A stretch of DNA of 64,000 bases. Origin: a virus. Taxonomy: Duplodnaviria; Caudoviricetes. The DNA lies in the IMG/VR virus record IMGVR_UViG_2690315780_000002, positions 2,229 through 66,228 of that record; one strand, given 5' to 3'. The notes beneath the pieces were generated by a model, which worked only from the letters and a program-made list of their open reading frames with translations, ran no database searches and had not been told where the DNA came from. Below, one piece after another: positions 40,039 through 50,377 of this stretch. Both the position numbers and the translations under genes were made by a program. Every line of letters starts with the position of its first letter. The first letter of the stretch is position 1.

Positions 40039-41344
40039 CAGTTTCACCTAATGGCTCTTCGCTATCATTTTCATAGCCAGCCGCAGTCCTAATTTCTTCG
40101 ACGCTAAATACTGGCTCACTAGTAGCGAGTGATGTTTGATTAATTCGGCTCATCTTCTCAGCGCTGTCGAGCTTCTCAATAGCTGATTGCTCGTTTAAAT
40201 CATCCCAAATAACCGTTTTCTCACCGATAGGCTCTAGTACCTTGATGTTAATTAGATGATCGATGAAGTCCTCTATCTCAAATGAGAGTTCGCTTTCTCT
40301 GCGTGACTGACATCGAGCGTTGAAATACTTCTGATCTTCGGTACTGGCTCTTTCGCCAGTCTGCATACCAACCAGTATTTTGGATGGAATATCCATTGCG
40401 GCTGATGCTGTTTGGAGGTTAACCATATAGGTTGGTGTCGGATCAGATACGGCAGTAACCATAGGGCTAACATTCGCACCCTTCGTAACAAGAACCGAAT
40501 CATTACCTGCGTTGATTTCTCTTGCTACTTCATTATAAATTTCCTGCAACCCAGCAATGTCAACGCCATACATTCTTGCCATCTCATCAAGACTGGCTTC
40601 CTTTTCGTAGTTGATATTTAGCTGTCTTGCTGCGTTTTTAAGGAATGATTCACCAGAACCCCCCTCAACCTTTTCAAGGCTTACAAAGGCGTTATAGGCA
40701 GGCTCAAGAAAACCGATAGCGTCAACTGAATAATCACCTAGAATGAAAATCCTATCAGGATGGATGTTGATATTTCTCGTTCCGCCATTCGGTAGCGTCT
40801 CCGTGTACTGCCACATGCTAGGTTGACCGTAATTAGGAGAATTAATGTCAGTAACCCAATCAGTAGGCTTAATTGCATTCGCCCAAGCTGGTGTGGCTTT
40901 CTTTAGTAACTTTGATTTCGTGACAGGCTCGTGCCACTTTCCGCTATCGTTGATATGAAGGATCAAGCCTGCATAGCGGCCGACAAGTCGCTTCTGGTCT
41001 GCTTCTTTGAAAGCCTTCCAAATGCGCTTATTCACGTACTTTTTAAATGAAGCTTCCCAAGTTGTTTCTTTCTTGTATTTATCTGCTTTGTCACCCTCAA
41101 TCACTTGAGGTGATGTTTTCCAGCAATTACCTACGAGTTTCGTTACCCCACCAAAGGCAATACCACCACGGCGAAATAGCTTATATAAATCCTCAAAGGT
41201 TAACTCTTGTTTGAATCCGTATTCACACCAAGCAGATGATCGCTTCGCATCAAGCCCCATGGTTGGATTAACCAAAGCCATACGGGCACGAGCTATCGCA
41301 TCACTCACCATGTGATTGACGGCTAGTTTCATGTTTTCTTGCAT
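39989..41344 (-). CDS. Portal protein (DUF1073 type)
   Basis: After terminase; IHPDRI, IPSKILVGMQTGERASTED. Confidence 0.8.
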   Translation of the reverse strand: MQENMKLAVNHMVSDAIARARMALVNPTMGLDAKRSSAWCEYGFKQELTFEDLYKLFRRGGIAFGGVTKLVGNCWKTSPQVIEGDKADKYKKETTWEASFKKYVNKRIWKAFKEADQKRLVGRYAGLILHINDSGKWHEPVTKSKLLKKATPAWANAIKPTDWVTDINSPNYGQPSMWQYTETLPNGGTRNINIHPDRIFILGDYSVDAIGFLEPAYNAFVSLEKVEGGSGESFLKNAARQLNINYEKEASLDEMARMYGVDIAGLQEIYNEVAREINAGNDSVLVTKGANVSPMVTAVSDPTPTYMVNLQTASAAMDIPSKILVGMQTGERASTEDQKYFNARCQSRRESELSFEIEDFIDHLINIKVLEPIGEKTVIWDDLNEQSAIEKLDSAEKMSRINQTSLATSEPVFSVEEIRTAAGYENDSEEPLGETDEDTEDKDGDKTRNES

Positions 41345-42588
41345 TATCGCCTCAGTAATCGTTTTGGAACCAATAGGCCTGCATTTGATTTTTGTGTGAT
41401 ATACCCATCAAGCCCATATCTAACCGCATCCCAGCAGTGGTTATTCTTATCCTCAATAACGGGAAGAACCTCACCAGTGATCCGGTCTGTTTTATACGAG
41501 TAAAGACGGGCTTCTTTTGCTGTTTCTTTACAGCGAGGATGGATGATTATTTGCTTGAATCCGCGCAGATGTGTAATGCCATCTTCTACGCTACCTTGCC
41601 ATTTCTTGGCTGCGGAGATATTGAAACCTTGGCGTTTTAAATAGCTTATTGTTTCGGGTCGTGCGGAGTCTGCTTTAATCGGCCACTTGCGGGATTCTGG
41701 TATTTTGTCGTAAAACGCTGGCATGTGGTCAAGTTCTACGCCGATGCCGTATGCTTCGTATTCGATGTGCAGACAGCCATCAAGGATGAACTGACGTAGT
41801 AATGTATTTGGGTCTTTAGCAAAACCGAAGTCAGCACCGAATAGTAATCTATCTGCTTTCTTCCATAAATCATCAGGGAACGATTTAACAACATATTTAT
41901 TTGCTAATACCTGCTTATCGGAATTTTCAAGATAAGCGCCTTCCCAAATCCATGCGTAAGTAGCAGAGTCCAATCTTTCCTGATCGCTTAATCGCTCTTC
42001 TTCAAGCACTGATGGAAACCATGGGTTGTCACCGTAATTCATCTCAACAACAACGGCATTATCAGGGGGATTCTTTCTAAAGCGTTTATCCGTAGCGCTA
42101 CCGTCTCTTTCTGGGTTCCATGTCACCCATATTTCAGACCCAGCCTCACGAACAGTGGGTGTTAATTTAGTCCATGCTATTTCTGATACTGATTCAGCCT
42201 CATCAACCCAAGCAATTAATATTCTCGCTTTAGACTTAATGCTATCTAAGTTGTGTCGTAACCCTGCAAACACATAATTAACAGAACGGCACTTTGTGCG
42301 GATATACTTCTCGCCAAGTTCATAGAAGTCATTCAGCCAAGGCACAGAGCGTATTGCCTGCTTTACCTCTTCCATTGATGATTCTTCTAACGAGTTCATA
42401 TACTCACGAGCACAAAGTATTACGCCAGATTGACCATTCATTGCGGCCATGTAGCCACGAATTGCCGTCATTAGTGCAAATGTTCTTGTCTTTGCAGAAC
42501 CACGCCCACCATGTGAACATCGATAGCGATAATCACCTTCAAAAACTGGAATTAATTTAGGTGGTATTTCAATCCTCGCTACCGTCAT
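41344..42588 (-). CDS. terL: Terminase large subunit (PBSX type)
   Basis: HGGRGSAKT, WVDEAE, TWNP, GADFG, NHCWDAVRY. Confidence 0.93.
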   Translation of the reverse strand: MTVARIEIPPKLIPVFEGDYRYRCSHGGRGSAKTRTFALMTAIRGYMAAMNGQSGVILCAREYMNSLEESSMEEVKQAIRSVPWLNDFYELGEKYIRTKCRSVNYVFAGLRHNLDSIKSKARILIAWVDEAESVSEIAWTKLTPTVREAGSEIWVTWNPERDGSATDKRFRKNPPDNAVVVEMNYGDNPWFPSVLEEERLSDQERLDSATYAWIWEGAYLENSDKQVLANKYVVKSFPDDLWKKADRLLFGADFGFAKDPNTLLRQFILDGCLHIEYEAYGIGVELDHMPAFYDKIPESRKWPIKADSARPETISYLKRQGFNISAAKKWQGSVEDGITHLRGFKQIIIHPRCKETAKEARLYSYKTDRITGEVLPVIEDKNNHCWDAVRYGLDGYITQKSNAGLLVPKRLLRR

Positions 42589-42991
42589 TGCTACCTCCGG
42601 CAACCAGAACTATTTTTGTTGGCGACATCGAATTATCAGATGAGGTGTGATCTACCTCTTGCTTTTCAGAGTATCCGTGATTAGCCAGCATTAGCTTTGT
42701 GATTGTTGCATTAAAGTCACCAGTCAATCCGCTATTAATTAGCTTCATTTCCTGAAATGCCATTATTCCGTCTAACGTGTCCGAAAACTCACGACCTAGA
42801 TCACTATCTTGCTTTCCGTACTCATAAACAGTTGAACGAGCTATTCCCAAATAACACGCCAAACCTGCAATACTAGGTATAACCTGACCTTCATTTTCTT
42901 TGTAACCGCCGTACAGGTATTCCTTTGCCTTAGCGATTAGCTCATTAGTCAGCTTGCTAGGGCAACCAACCTGTTTAGATTGTTGTCCCAT
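42569..42991 (-). CDS. terS: Terminase small subunit
   Basis: GCPSK..PSIAGLACYLGI..TKLMLANHGY. Confidence 0.85.
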   Translation of the reverse strand: MGQQSKQVGCPSKLTNELIAKAKEYLYGGYKENEGQVIPSIAGLACYLGIARSTVYEYGKQDSDLGREFSDTLDGIMAFQEMKLINSGLTGDFNATITKLMLANHGYSEKQEVDHTSSDNSMSPTKIVLVAGGSNDGSED

Positions 42992-43007
42992 ACCCTTTCC
43001 TTAGTAT

Positions 43008-43199
43008 TTACTGTTCAACCACTGGCACATATTTAATATCACTAATCTCATCAGGTGATATGTATACCCATGAGCCGTCGAGTGATGCGATACCGATTAA
43101 CCCGTTAGTCACGCGAGGCTCTTTAGTGGTCATCATGCCTTCGCATGTGGTGCCGTCTTTCTTAGTTGCTATTACGTGATATTTTTCTGACATACCCAC
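43008..43199 (-). CDS. Hypothetical protein
   Basis: ORF with GAGG RBS upstream of terS. Confidence 0.55.
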   Translation of the reverse strand: MGMSEKYHVIATKKDGTTCEGMMTTKEPRVTNGLIGIASLDGSWVYISPDEISDIKYVPVVEQ

Positions 43200-43202
43200 C
43201 TC

Positions 43203-43376
43203 TTAAATTTCTTCAAACCGTGTATTAATAGTCACGCCGTGTTTAACGATAAATTGACTAACAATGGATGGGTTGGGCTCAACGAGAAATACCAATGAAA
43301 ATAAATGTAAGCATTCAACATAATAAGGCACCCACCACTTCATTTTTATGGTTGCTACCATTCTTCCTGTTTTCAT
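43203..43376 (-). CDS. Hypothetical small protein
   Basis: MKTGRMVATIKMKWWVPYY. Confidence 0.5.
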   Translation of the reverse strand: MKTGRMVATIKMKWWVPYYVECLHLFSLVFLVEPNPSIVSQFIVKHGVTINTRFEEI

Positions 43377-43454
43377 ATTCCACCCAATAAAAAAGGCCAC
43401 TAGGGCCTATTCATCGTTAATTTATTGATTTACAAGCAAAGTTCAATTTTGATC

Positions 43455-44144
43455 CTACGCCGCCAATCTGTGTATTTCATCGATTAATGGCTGCTTGTGG
43501 TTTTTATTGAACAAACCTTTTAATGACTCTTTCCGTTGTTCAAAATCCCACCCCATAGAAATGAATACAGTATTAGCTCTTTGTAGTTCTGTTATTGCAT
43601 GAATTTGCTGATGTGAAAGATAATCACGAATAGGATCTGTTTTTCCGATGTCATTGTCTTTTCTGAATTTAGCTGATGACACACCCAGCACGATGCGATT
43701 GATTAAGTCAGCCTCGTTACTGAAATGATAATGCGCTGGTTCTTTCCCTTCTTGAATTTTGCTTTCTTTCACAGCATCGGTCATCGGCTTATATTCCATT
43801 CGAGCAATGTTGCGCTCTATTTGAACTTTAGCCTCTCTCGCTGCTTTTTCGCGGAACTGGATAAAACTATCAACTAGTCTAACTTGCCCATCCCTTGCTT
43901 TCTCTCCACCAATAAACGGCATCGCGATCAGAAACCCGCGCTCAGTTAGTTCATAACAAGGGAGTTCTTTTTTCTGTTTAGTAACATAAGAGGAGGCTCT
44001 GAAATCGGAGGCTCCTAAATGTTGAGATGCAATTAACGATTCAATACTATTCATCACTCGGAAGTGATCTCTTCCAAACTCATTGGCGATGACATCTGTT
44101 GTTACTACTGGTTGATTGCCTGATTTCTTAATTAAATGCTTCAT
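43455..44144 (-). CDS. rha: Rha-family phage regulatory protein
   Basis: FGRDH..YELTERGF..GGEKA; C-term HFSNEADLINRIVLG. Confidence 0.85.
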   Translation of the reverse strand: MKHLIKKSGNQPVVTTDVIANEFGRDHFRVMNSIESLIASQHLGASDFRASSYVTKQKKELPCYELTERGFLIAMPFIGGEKARDGQVRLVDSFIQFREKAAREAKVQIERNIARMEYKPMTDAVKESKIQEGKEPAHYHFSNEADLINRIVLGVSSAKFRKDNDIGKTDPIRDYLSHQQIHAITELQRANTVFISMGWDFEQRKESLKGLFNKNHKQPLIDEIHRLAA

Positions 44145-44536
44145 AGTTAGTTCCTTTTAGAGATGAACCTTGCGCCCAGGAGTAACCAGCCCAAAGAGGG
44201 TTAACCAGACCACTACTGATTATCCTCAAGGCTCATCCTGAAAGGTTCTTTGGTTTATGTGTGTCGGGCGTGACACTAAATTTGCACGCTATACATCTAT
44301 TGGTGCTGAATTGAATAAATCCTTACAACTGATCGCAACCATCATCACGTATCACTACGTTAATCAGGTCACTTCTAGTCTGTTCCTAGCAGTCAAGATA
44401 TGATCACTCTCCTTAATGGATAAACGACTTATCTAATTGCTGATATATATATTTACTTAAGCTATACTAAGTAGCTATCGCTATACTTTAATTGATATCT
44501 TGTTAGTATTGCCCAGCCTCCCATGCTGGGCTTTTT

Positions 44537-44608
44537 TTATTCTTTGGGAATGCTTTTATCCAATTCTTCACGGAATTGAGTTGGGTTATCGAAACCTTGT
44601 ACTGCCAT
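44537..44608 (-). CDS. 23-aa small ORF MAVQGFDNPTQFREELDKSIPKE
   Basis: GGAG RBS; flanked by terminators at 44511-44538 and 44622-44648. Confidence 0.45.
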   Translation of the reverse strand: MAVQGFDNPTQFREELDKSIPKE

Positions 44609-44631
44609 GATATTTCTCCATAAAAAAGCCC

Positions 44632-44871
44632 CTAATTACTTAGAGGCTCGTCTCTGTTCAATTTCCCCAACTCCCACTCTGCAAGTGTAATAACCAACAT
44701 CGGGCTACTACTGCTTTCAATCTTCCGCATTGCCTCATACGCTAAATTCTCTTTAAATTTGCGCTTTAATAGCCCTGCACACTTCCTGACGGCTTCATTG
44801 GACTTATGGATAGCCCAACATAGCTTGAGTGTTGTTAATGCGCTCATAAACGCTTCTGCTTCGTTTTTCAT
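44632..44871 (-). CDS. nin-region hypothetical protein; 3' end probably a deletion junction
   Basis: ATGA-coupled to the methylase; tail overlaps a spanin-like EIEQRRASK* remnant in another frame. Confidence 0.6.
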   Translation of the reverse strand: MKNEAEAFMSALTTLKLCWAIHKSNEAVRKCAGLLKRKFKENLAYEAMRKIESSSSPMLVITLAEWELGKLNRDEPLSN

Positions 44872-45698
44872 AATGCATTCCTCTGTTCATCAGTCATTAG
44901 TGACAGCACCAACTCGTCAAACTCTTTTATGAGTCTCCTGTTTCGGGATTGAACGGATCGCAATTCACGGGTAAGTGCAACAATGTCGATTTCTTCCCTT
45001 GCTATCTCTTCTCGTGCAACGTTCCAGTTTTCTATATCCAGCTTTTCTTTTTTGCTGGGTATCGTGTATTGCACCTTTTTACAGTCATATCTCGCTACCG
45101 ATACGTTATCGTCTGTCTTTTCTCTGTCTATCACGACAAGTAAAGTGCTAATAGCTGTATCATCAAACCCGCTATCAACGTGCAATAGCTCTGCAACTGT
45201 ATTGCCAAAGTAACTACGCATTTTCTGCTCTGTTCTGCGATAACCCACACCAGGGAAGCAGATGAAAAAAGAAAATCGCGCTTTCACGCTAGAAAGTACA
45301 TAAAAGCACTCATCTAGAAGACCTGCTTTCTTCGCGTAGGGCATACCCGCGACAGGCTTTTCCATTTTTAAAGAAAATGGCGGGTTCATTACCACACAAT
45401 CAAAATCATCGGGGATATCGTCGATTACATCAAAGAGACTGCTTACTATTCCCGTAGCCCTATCGCCGTAGTTCTCTTTAAAAGCATCTATCGCCTGTCT
45501 CTGGATATCCACGCCAGTTATCGACTTTACTTGTATGTATTGCTCCAACTGCCCCGACCCTACAGCGCCATCAAACACATTCAGGGTTCTATCCCCTAGA
45601 TATTCCCTCACCTTTTCCGCTACGAGGATCCTTAGCGCCTTTGATGTTATAAACTCAGCGTATTTATCAGCTATCTGACGATTGTTATGCTCCTTCAT
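44868..45698 (-). CDS. N6-adenine DNA methyltransferase
   Basis: VFDGAVGSG motif I; VMNPPF motif IV. Confidence 0.85.
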   Translation of the reverse strand: MKEHNNRQIADKYAEFITSKALRILVAEKVREYLGDRTLNVFDGAVGSGQLEQYIQVKSITGVDIQRQAIDAFKENYGDRATGIVSSLFDVIDDIPDDFDCVVMNPPFSLKMEKPVAGMPYAKKAGLLDECFYVLSSVKARFSFFICFPGVGYRRTEQKMRSYFGNTVAELLHVDSGFDDTAISTLLVVIDREKTDDNVSVARYDCKKVQYTIPSKKEKLDIENWNVAREEIAREEIDIVALTRELRSVQSRNRRLIKEFDELVLSLMTDEQRNAL

Positions 45699-45853
45699 CT
45701 TCTCGTCCTTGCTGTACGTATGTGCTTGTTGTCATTGATAGATTTCATGGGGTCAAATGTTATATTGCTTGGAGGTGGTTTAGGCTTAGTTCTGCTTGTA
45801 ACCCTGTAAACCGACCTCCACTCAATAGTGTCTAATTGATTTTTGTAACTCAT
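45695..45853 (-). CDS. NinE-like protein (52 aa, missed by ORF track)
   Basis: MSYKNQLD..RTKPKPPPSNITFD..RTARTRR*, ATGA-coupled on both sides. Confidence 0.55.
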   Translation of the reverse strand: MSYKNQLDTIEWRSVYRVTSRTKPKPPPSNITFDPMKSINDNKHIRTARTRR

Positions 45854-46293
45854 CTCTCTTGTTGCTCCTTGAGTTTCATATATTCAGAGTTATCAGGTAT
45901 CGTCACGAAACAATTTATACCTACCGCCCAGCGTTCAACCTGCTCCATGAAGTGGAACATTTCACCTGTATCAAGCTTTGATGTTTTTCGAAGTGTCCTT
46001 ACGCGCTCTGTAAGCTGTGTAGTAACGTCAACCATATCGACCACCTCGTAACCTAGGAATGTATGCTTAAGCATTTCCTTAACGGTTTCTGGTGTGTAAT
46101 TGGCGTTGTTCTTACACAGGTATTTGCTTATCTCTGTGCACCACATATGAAAAGTGGAATTCTGAGATAGTGAACGCTTGTTTTTCCACGGCTTGATAAT
46201 GATTCGGTGTGGTTGGTTTGTTGCTAGAACTTCTTTGAGGTGTTGCCATGCGGTATTTTTGGTTGATTCGTGGAAGAGAAAATCTGCTTCCAA
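45850..46293 (-). CDS. ninB: NinB/YbcN-family recombination protein
   Basis: KRSLSQNSTFHMW..TSKLDTGEM. Confidence 0.88.
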   Translation of the reverse strand: MEADFLFHESTKNTAWQHLKEVLATNQPHRIIIKPWKNKRSLSQNSTFHMWCTEISKYLCKNNANYTPETVKEMLKHTFLGYEVVDMVDVTTQLTERVRTLRKTSKLDTGEMFHFMEQVERWAVGINCFVTIPDNSEYMKLKEQQER

Positions 46294-46302
46294 GTTAGCC
46301 TC

Positions 46303-46530
46303 CTATATCAACGGCTCCCGTAACCTTGTTTTCACATATTTGATATCGTAGGCGATGTAAATTTCCCACTCATGATAATCGTGACCGTAGTAGTTACCGC
46401 CAGACCACGCGCATTTATCTTGGTCATTCAGTATGAAATCCCATTGCTCATCATTGAGCGCTACAAGCCTGTCGACGTTGGCATCGAATACCTGTTGCTT
46501 AATCATTCGTGCAAGTGGTGATTCCATCAT
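46303..46530 (-). CDS. Hypothetical protein
   Basis: Coupled ORF in nin region. Confidence 0.55.
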   Translation of the reverse strand: MMESPLARMIKQQVFDANVDRLVALNDEQWDFILNDQDKCAWSGGNYYGHDYHEWEIYIAYDIKYVKTRLREPLI

Positions 46531-46751
46531 TCACCCTCTGGCATTGGTGGGAGTGGCATCCAGTGAGTTAGGTTTGCTTTCAGATTTCCACGGTAGAAGC
46601 CAGTTAAGACAGTCCTTTTCCCGAACGTAAATTCTTTGATGTAATCAGCAATGAACATTTCGCCCGATAGTGAATCGATATCGCAACACAAAACCGATGT
46701 ATCATCAGGCGGTAGTGAATCACTACACTTAACCCAATTAGTTCCCTGCAT
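46527..46751 (-). CDS. DUF551-family protein
   Basis: WVKCSDSLP...THWMPLPPMP. Confidence 0.8.
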   Translation of the reverse strand: MQGTNWVKCSDSLPPDDTSVLCCDIDSLSGEMFIADYIKEFTFGKRTVLTGFYRGNLKANLTHWMPLPPMPEGE

Positions 46752-46959
46752 TAGATGCCTCCTGCTGGCTTGAGGTAATCTTTAACTGATGACTTTCAAG
46801 CCTAAATAGTCTCGTCATAACCTTTTCACAACGATATGGCTTGTGCATTTTTCGATTGCGGTCCGCTGTCTTTTTCCCGCCTCTCACATATCTACGCTTC
46901 CGTGTCATTGCTTCATCAGCGTAGAGCCACATCAGTTTTTTAAATTCTGTTCCTTTCAT
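46738..46959 (-). CDS. Hypothetical basic protein
   Basis: GAGG RBS after helicase. Confidence 0.55.
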   Translation of the reverse strand: MKGTEFKKLMWLYADEAMTRKRRYVRGGKKTADRNRKMHKPYRCEKVMTRLFRLESHQLKITSSQQEASNAGN

Positions 46960-46978
46960 CTAAAAATCCTCTTGCGTG

Positions 46979-48349
46979 TTAAACGTTGGCACCTTGGAAT
47001 CGACGTTGTTGTGGTCTGCTACTTTGTTGACAGATGCTAGATGCTTGCGCCTGATCGGTGTCAAGAAAGTGACCATTTTTGAATAATTGATAGACGGTAC
47101 CCAATTTCCCAAACCGGTTTTTTGTCACAATTATTTCTGCGTAAGCTGCTGCGGGGGAGTTCTCATTATAGACTGCATCACGGTAAAGCATGATGATGCT
47201 ATCTGCATCTTGCTCTACGCTTCCTGAGTCTCTTAAATCCGCATTGGTAGGTCGTTTGTTCGGTCTCTTTTCAACATCACGAGATAGCTGACTTAGTGAA
47301 ATAACGGGCGTTCTGATGTTTTTAGCTAGCCCTTTCAACGTTGCTGAAATATGGGCAATAGCCAAGTCGTTACGCTCTGCGCGAGGCTTCTCAATCAGCC
47401 CTAAATAGTCAACCATGATCAACGATAATTCGGGATGACGTTTCTTGTGTCTTGTTGAAATTGCAGTGATTTGTTCAACGGTTAATTTGCTGGCATCGAC
47501 AACCCAGACATTCAGACCAAGTAAATTACCTGCACCCATAGATACCCTTCCCCAATCTTCGTCACTCATACGAGATGGGTTTCTCAATGCGCTAACAGAT
47601 AGGTTTGCTGATCCTGCAATCTGACGCTCTACGATTTGCTGAGAGTCCATTTCCATCGAGAAAATTAAAACACCTTTCTTGGTGTCAGATCCGATAACGT
47701 TTTGAGAAGCAACACCTTCTGTAATTTTCAGTGCGATTTCTGTTTTACCCATACCCGGTCTAGCCGCGATAATGACTAGGTCAACAGGGTTGATACCCCC
47801 CATAATTTCATCTAATTCGCGGATCCCCGTTTTTAGTGTGTCCGATTCCTCGCCTTTGTTAACACGTTCTTGTAAAACTTCCGTGTAATCTTCGATTAAC
47901 GATGACACATGGACGGGTGCGATATCACCTTTCGAGGAATGCATATCAGATGCCTGAGCAAGAAAACTTTCCATTGCTTCACTGGCTTGTTCAATAGTTC
48001 CGTTTTCAATCACACCTCGCACAGAGTCCATTAACTGGATCATTGCTCTACGATTGTGATTATCGGTCACCATCTTGGCATAGCCTTTTAGATTGGCTGC
48101 GCTAGGGCAATCCTTGGCTGTTTGAATGATGTTTGCTAGGTGTTCACTTCCCATTCCTTCAGCAACCATCATCATATCGATGACACCGCGAGACTTGGCT
48201 TGTTTTTGAATAACTTGATAGGCTTCTCGATAGAACCTAACTGAAAATGATTCAGGCTCTAAAGTGGCCAAAACATCCGAGGCATCAGGTGTTAACCCTG
48301 AAATTAACAAACCGCCAATAACACTTGCTTCAAATTCCGTATTGATCAC
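46979..48349 (-). CDS. dnaB: Replicative DNA helicase (DnaB / P22 gp12-like)
   Basis: [39 protein letters not shown]. Confidence 0.95.
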   Translation of the reverse strand: MINTEFEASVIGGLLISGLTPDASDVLATLEPESFSVRFYREAYQVIQKQAKSRGVIDMMMVAEGMGSEHLANIIQTAKDCPSAANLKGYAKMVTDNHNRRAMIQLMDSVRGVIENGTIEQASEAMESFLAQASDMHSSKGDIAPVHVSSLIEDYTEVLQERVNKGEESDTLKTGIRELDEIMGGINPVDLVIIAARPGMGKTEIALKITEGVASQNVIGSDTKKGVLIFSMEMDSQQIVERQIAGSANLSVSALRNPSRMSDEDWGRVSMGAGNLLGLNVWVVDASKLTVEQITAISTRHKKRHPELSLIMVDYLGLIEKPRAERNDLAIAHISATLKGLAKNIRTPVISLSQLSRDVEKRPNKRPTNADLRDSGSVEQDADSIIMLYRDAVYNENSPAAAYAEIIVTKNRFGKLGTVYQLFKNGHFLDTDQAQASSICQQSSRPQQRRFQGANV

Positions 48350-49183
48350 TTAAAACCCCCTGTCAGCAAATTTACCTTCTCGAACACCTGTCAACGTTGT
48401 TTCTCTTAGCAGATAATCAATATCAGCCGTCCAGCCTGTATCGTTTTCACCAAAATAAAATGGCTTAGCCATCCGCACAAAGGCTCTAACGTAGGCTCGC
48501 CAACCATCAACATTTGCCGTTGCAAGGTTTTTGATTATCTTCCTGATCCGTGTTTTACGTTTCTCGTTAGCTTCCACAGCATGAGGTAGCCTGTCACCAA
48601 CCTCCTCGTTGTAGGCATTGAGATATTCATCGTAGTTAATTGGAGTTGATTTTCTCTTGGTAGGTTTTACTGATTCTCCCCCTTTCACCTCGTGAGGGGT
48701 AAGGGGTGTATTACTTTCTTTCTTTTCTTTTGTAATAGTTTCTTTTGTGTTTAGCTGACTTGGCTTATGTGAATTAGCCGTTTTAGCTAATGTTTTATTA
48801 GCCGACTTAGCTAATGTTTCGCTAACTTGGCTAATATTGAAATTCCACTCAGTAAAATCTTTGTTAATTCCAATTTTATTCCCTGATGAAATGACAATAT
48901 TCATAGCAATCATTTCATTCTTCGCTTTGCAAACATGTGTATGATGAATGCCTGTCATTTCAGCTATTTGAGTGTTTGTAATACGGTCTAACTTTTTGCC
49001 GAAGCCGTATGTCTTTCTGATGATCGCCATAACGACTTTTAGTTGTCTTGCTGTTAAATCTGCACACATAACAGCTTCAAATAGGTCGTTGGCTATTCTT
49101 GTGTAACCATCTTCAAGATTTGCCACTGTTGACCTCTCTTGCCGTCGTTGATTACCAAAATCTGCATATGCAACATTACTCAT
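48350..49183 (-). CDS. Replication initiator (lambda O / P22 gp18-like)
   Basis: LEDGYTRIAN..RKTYGFGK; internal iterons. Confidence 0.9.
   Translation of the reverse strand: MSNVAYADFGNQRRQERSTVANLEDGYTRIANDLFEAVMCADLTARQLKVVMAIIRKTYGFGKKLDRITNTQIAEMTGIHHTHVCKAKNEMIAMNIVISSGNKIGINKDFTEWNFNISQVSETLAKSANKTLAKTANSHKPSQLNTKETITKEKKESNTPLTPHEVKGGESVKPTKRKSTPINYDEYLNAYNEEVGDRLPHAVEANEKRKTRIRKIIKNLATANVDGWRAYVRAFVRMAKPFYFGENDTGWTADIDYLLRETTLTGVREGKFADRGF
48700..48835. other. Phage replication origin: four iterons plus a strand-biased AT-rich tract
   Basis: TTAGCY-N3-TTRGCT repeats at 48751, 48774, 48798 and a degenerate copy at ~48818, inside the O gene. Confidence 0.75.
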
Positions 49184-49875
49184 GCTGCCTCCAATTGCTC
49201 TCTAGCCAGTAACCCAGCGATCCACTGAATTCCTTTAGGCGTAAATTTAACTTGTGTGTATGCGTGACCGTTGATTTGATTCTCACCTGTTTTTACATCA
49301 AAACGCCCTGCGTCAAGGTGTTCTGAATAAGGTGTTAATTTTCCAGCCAGCTTATACATAATTCTTTTTGAAAGTAGAAACTCTCTAAAGAAGTTCTCTT
49401 TCACTTTTAGTAATTTGCTCGCCTCTCTAAAGCCAAGTAATCCAGTTGCTTGAACATACCGATCAACAAATTCAGCTTTAGGCGCTGCGATTGCTAATTT
49501 CTGTTCTGCGATTTGCTTTTGCTCTGCCAAGTCAGCAGCGAGTCGCAAGGCTTCTGGTAGCGTTTGAGGTATGAAGGATTTTTGAGATTCAAGTTCTTGC
49601 CAGCGGTCAACTAATCGCGCTGTAAACTCTGGTGATAATTGAGCTACTACAATAATGCTATCGCGCTTACCTTTTTCGCCTGAAAAAATGTAAAAAGTGC
49701 TCGGTCTGCCTGCTGTGGGCTTTTCCCCCATTGGGGGTAAAGTTATTACCCCTCTTTCTGACAGTCTTTCGATTGATTGTTTAACCTTGTCATGCCTTGA
49801 TTCGACTAGTTCGGATATTTCTAAGCTACTCATGGTTAATTCACCACTGTTTACTAAAGTAGTTATTTGATTCAT
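49180..49875 (-). CDS. Rha/KilA-C antirepressor-like (Roi-type) protein
   Basis: TMSSLEISEL..EFTARLVDRW..PQTLPEALRLAA..APKAEFVD..FTPKG. Confidence 0.85.
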   Translation of the reverse strand: MNQITTLVNSGELTMSSLEISELVESRHDKVKQSIERLSERGVITLPPMGEKPTAGRPSTFYIFSGEKGKRDSIIVVAQLSPEFTARLVDRWQELESQKSFIPQTLPEALRLAADLAEQKQIAEQKLAIAAPKAEFVDRYVQATGLLGFREASKLLKVKENFFREFLLSKRIMYKLAGKLTPYSEHLDAGRFDVKTGENQINGHAYTQVKFTPKGIQWIAGLLAREQLEAA

Positions 49876-49896
49876 AATTACCTCATTGGGTTGTTG

Positions 49897-50235
49897 TTAA
49901 ATTAAGTCCATTTGTTGAGAAGCCTCACCATTCGCAGTGGTTGAGGTTTTTCTTTTTGGTGCTTTGATATGCTCAAGCATCTGAATTAACGCTCTAGCCT
50001 CATCACCTTGCAATATCACTGTGTCATCCGGTGTCTCATACCCAATAGCGACTAAAAGCCTTGCACAACGTTGTATGAAGCTTAATTGCGTTTTAGATTG
50101 TTGAGATTGCCAGCGAGATATTTGTGATTCGTGAATACCCGTTCTTTTCGCTACTTCTCTAGCGCCAGTAACAAGTATCCCTTTCATGATTTTTGATTCG
50201 ATTTCTCGAAATTTGCGTTCGTTTGATAATTCCAT
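49897..50235 (-). CDS. cII: CII-like activator
   Basis: VAKRTGIHESQISRW; downstream of cro. Confidence 0.85.
   Translation of the reverse strand: MELSNERKFREIESKIMKGILVTGAREVAKRTGIHESQISRWQSQQSKTQLSFIQRCARLLVAIGYETPDDTVILQGDEARALIQMLEHIKAPKRKTSTTANGEASQQMDLI
49919..49957 (+). terminator. Antisense terminator in the cII 3' end (oop-RNA-like)
   Basis: GAAGCCTC..GAGGTTTT hairpin with T run, at the position of lambda/P22 oop. Confidence 0.5.
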
Positions 50236-50361
50236 TTGTTAAATTCCTTCTTAGATTACTTCCCATATTGGGAACAGCAGTAATGATCCGTGGCTCATTC
50301 CATATGAGCGGATTGTTGATAATAATTTGCCGATTGAAGTCAAAAGGCATGGCGTGAATTT

Positions 50362-50371
50362 TTAAAGAGCG
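50362..50371 (-). promoter_or_regulatory. nutR boxA
   Basis: CGCTCTTTAA immediately after the cro stop. Confidence 0.8.
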
Positions 50372-50377
50372 TGGCGT

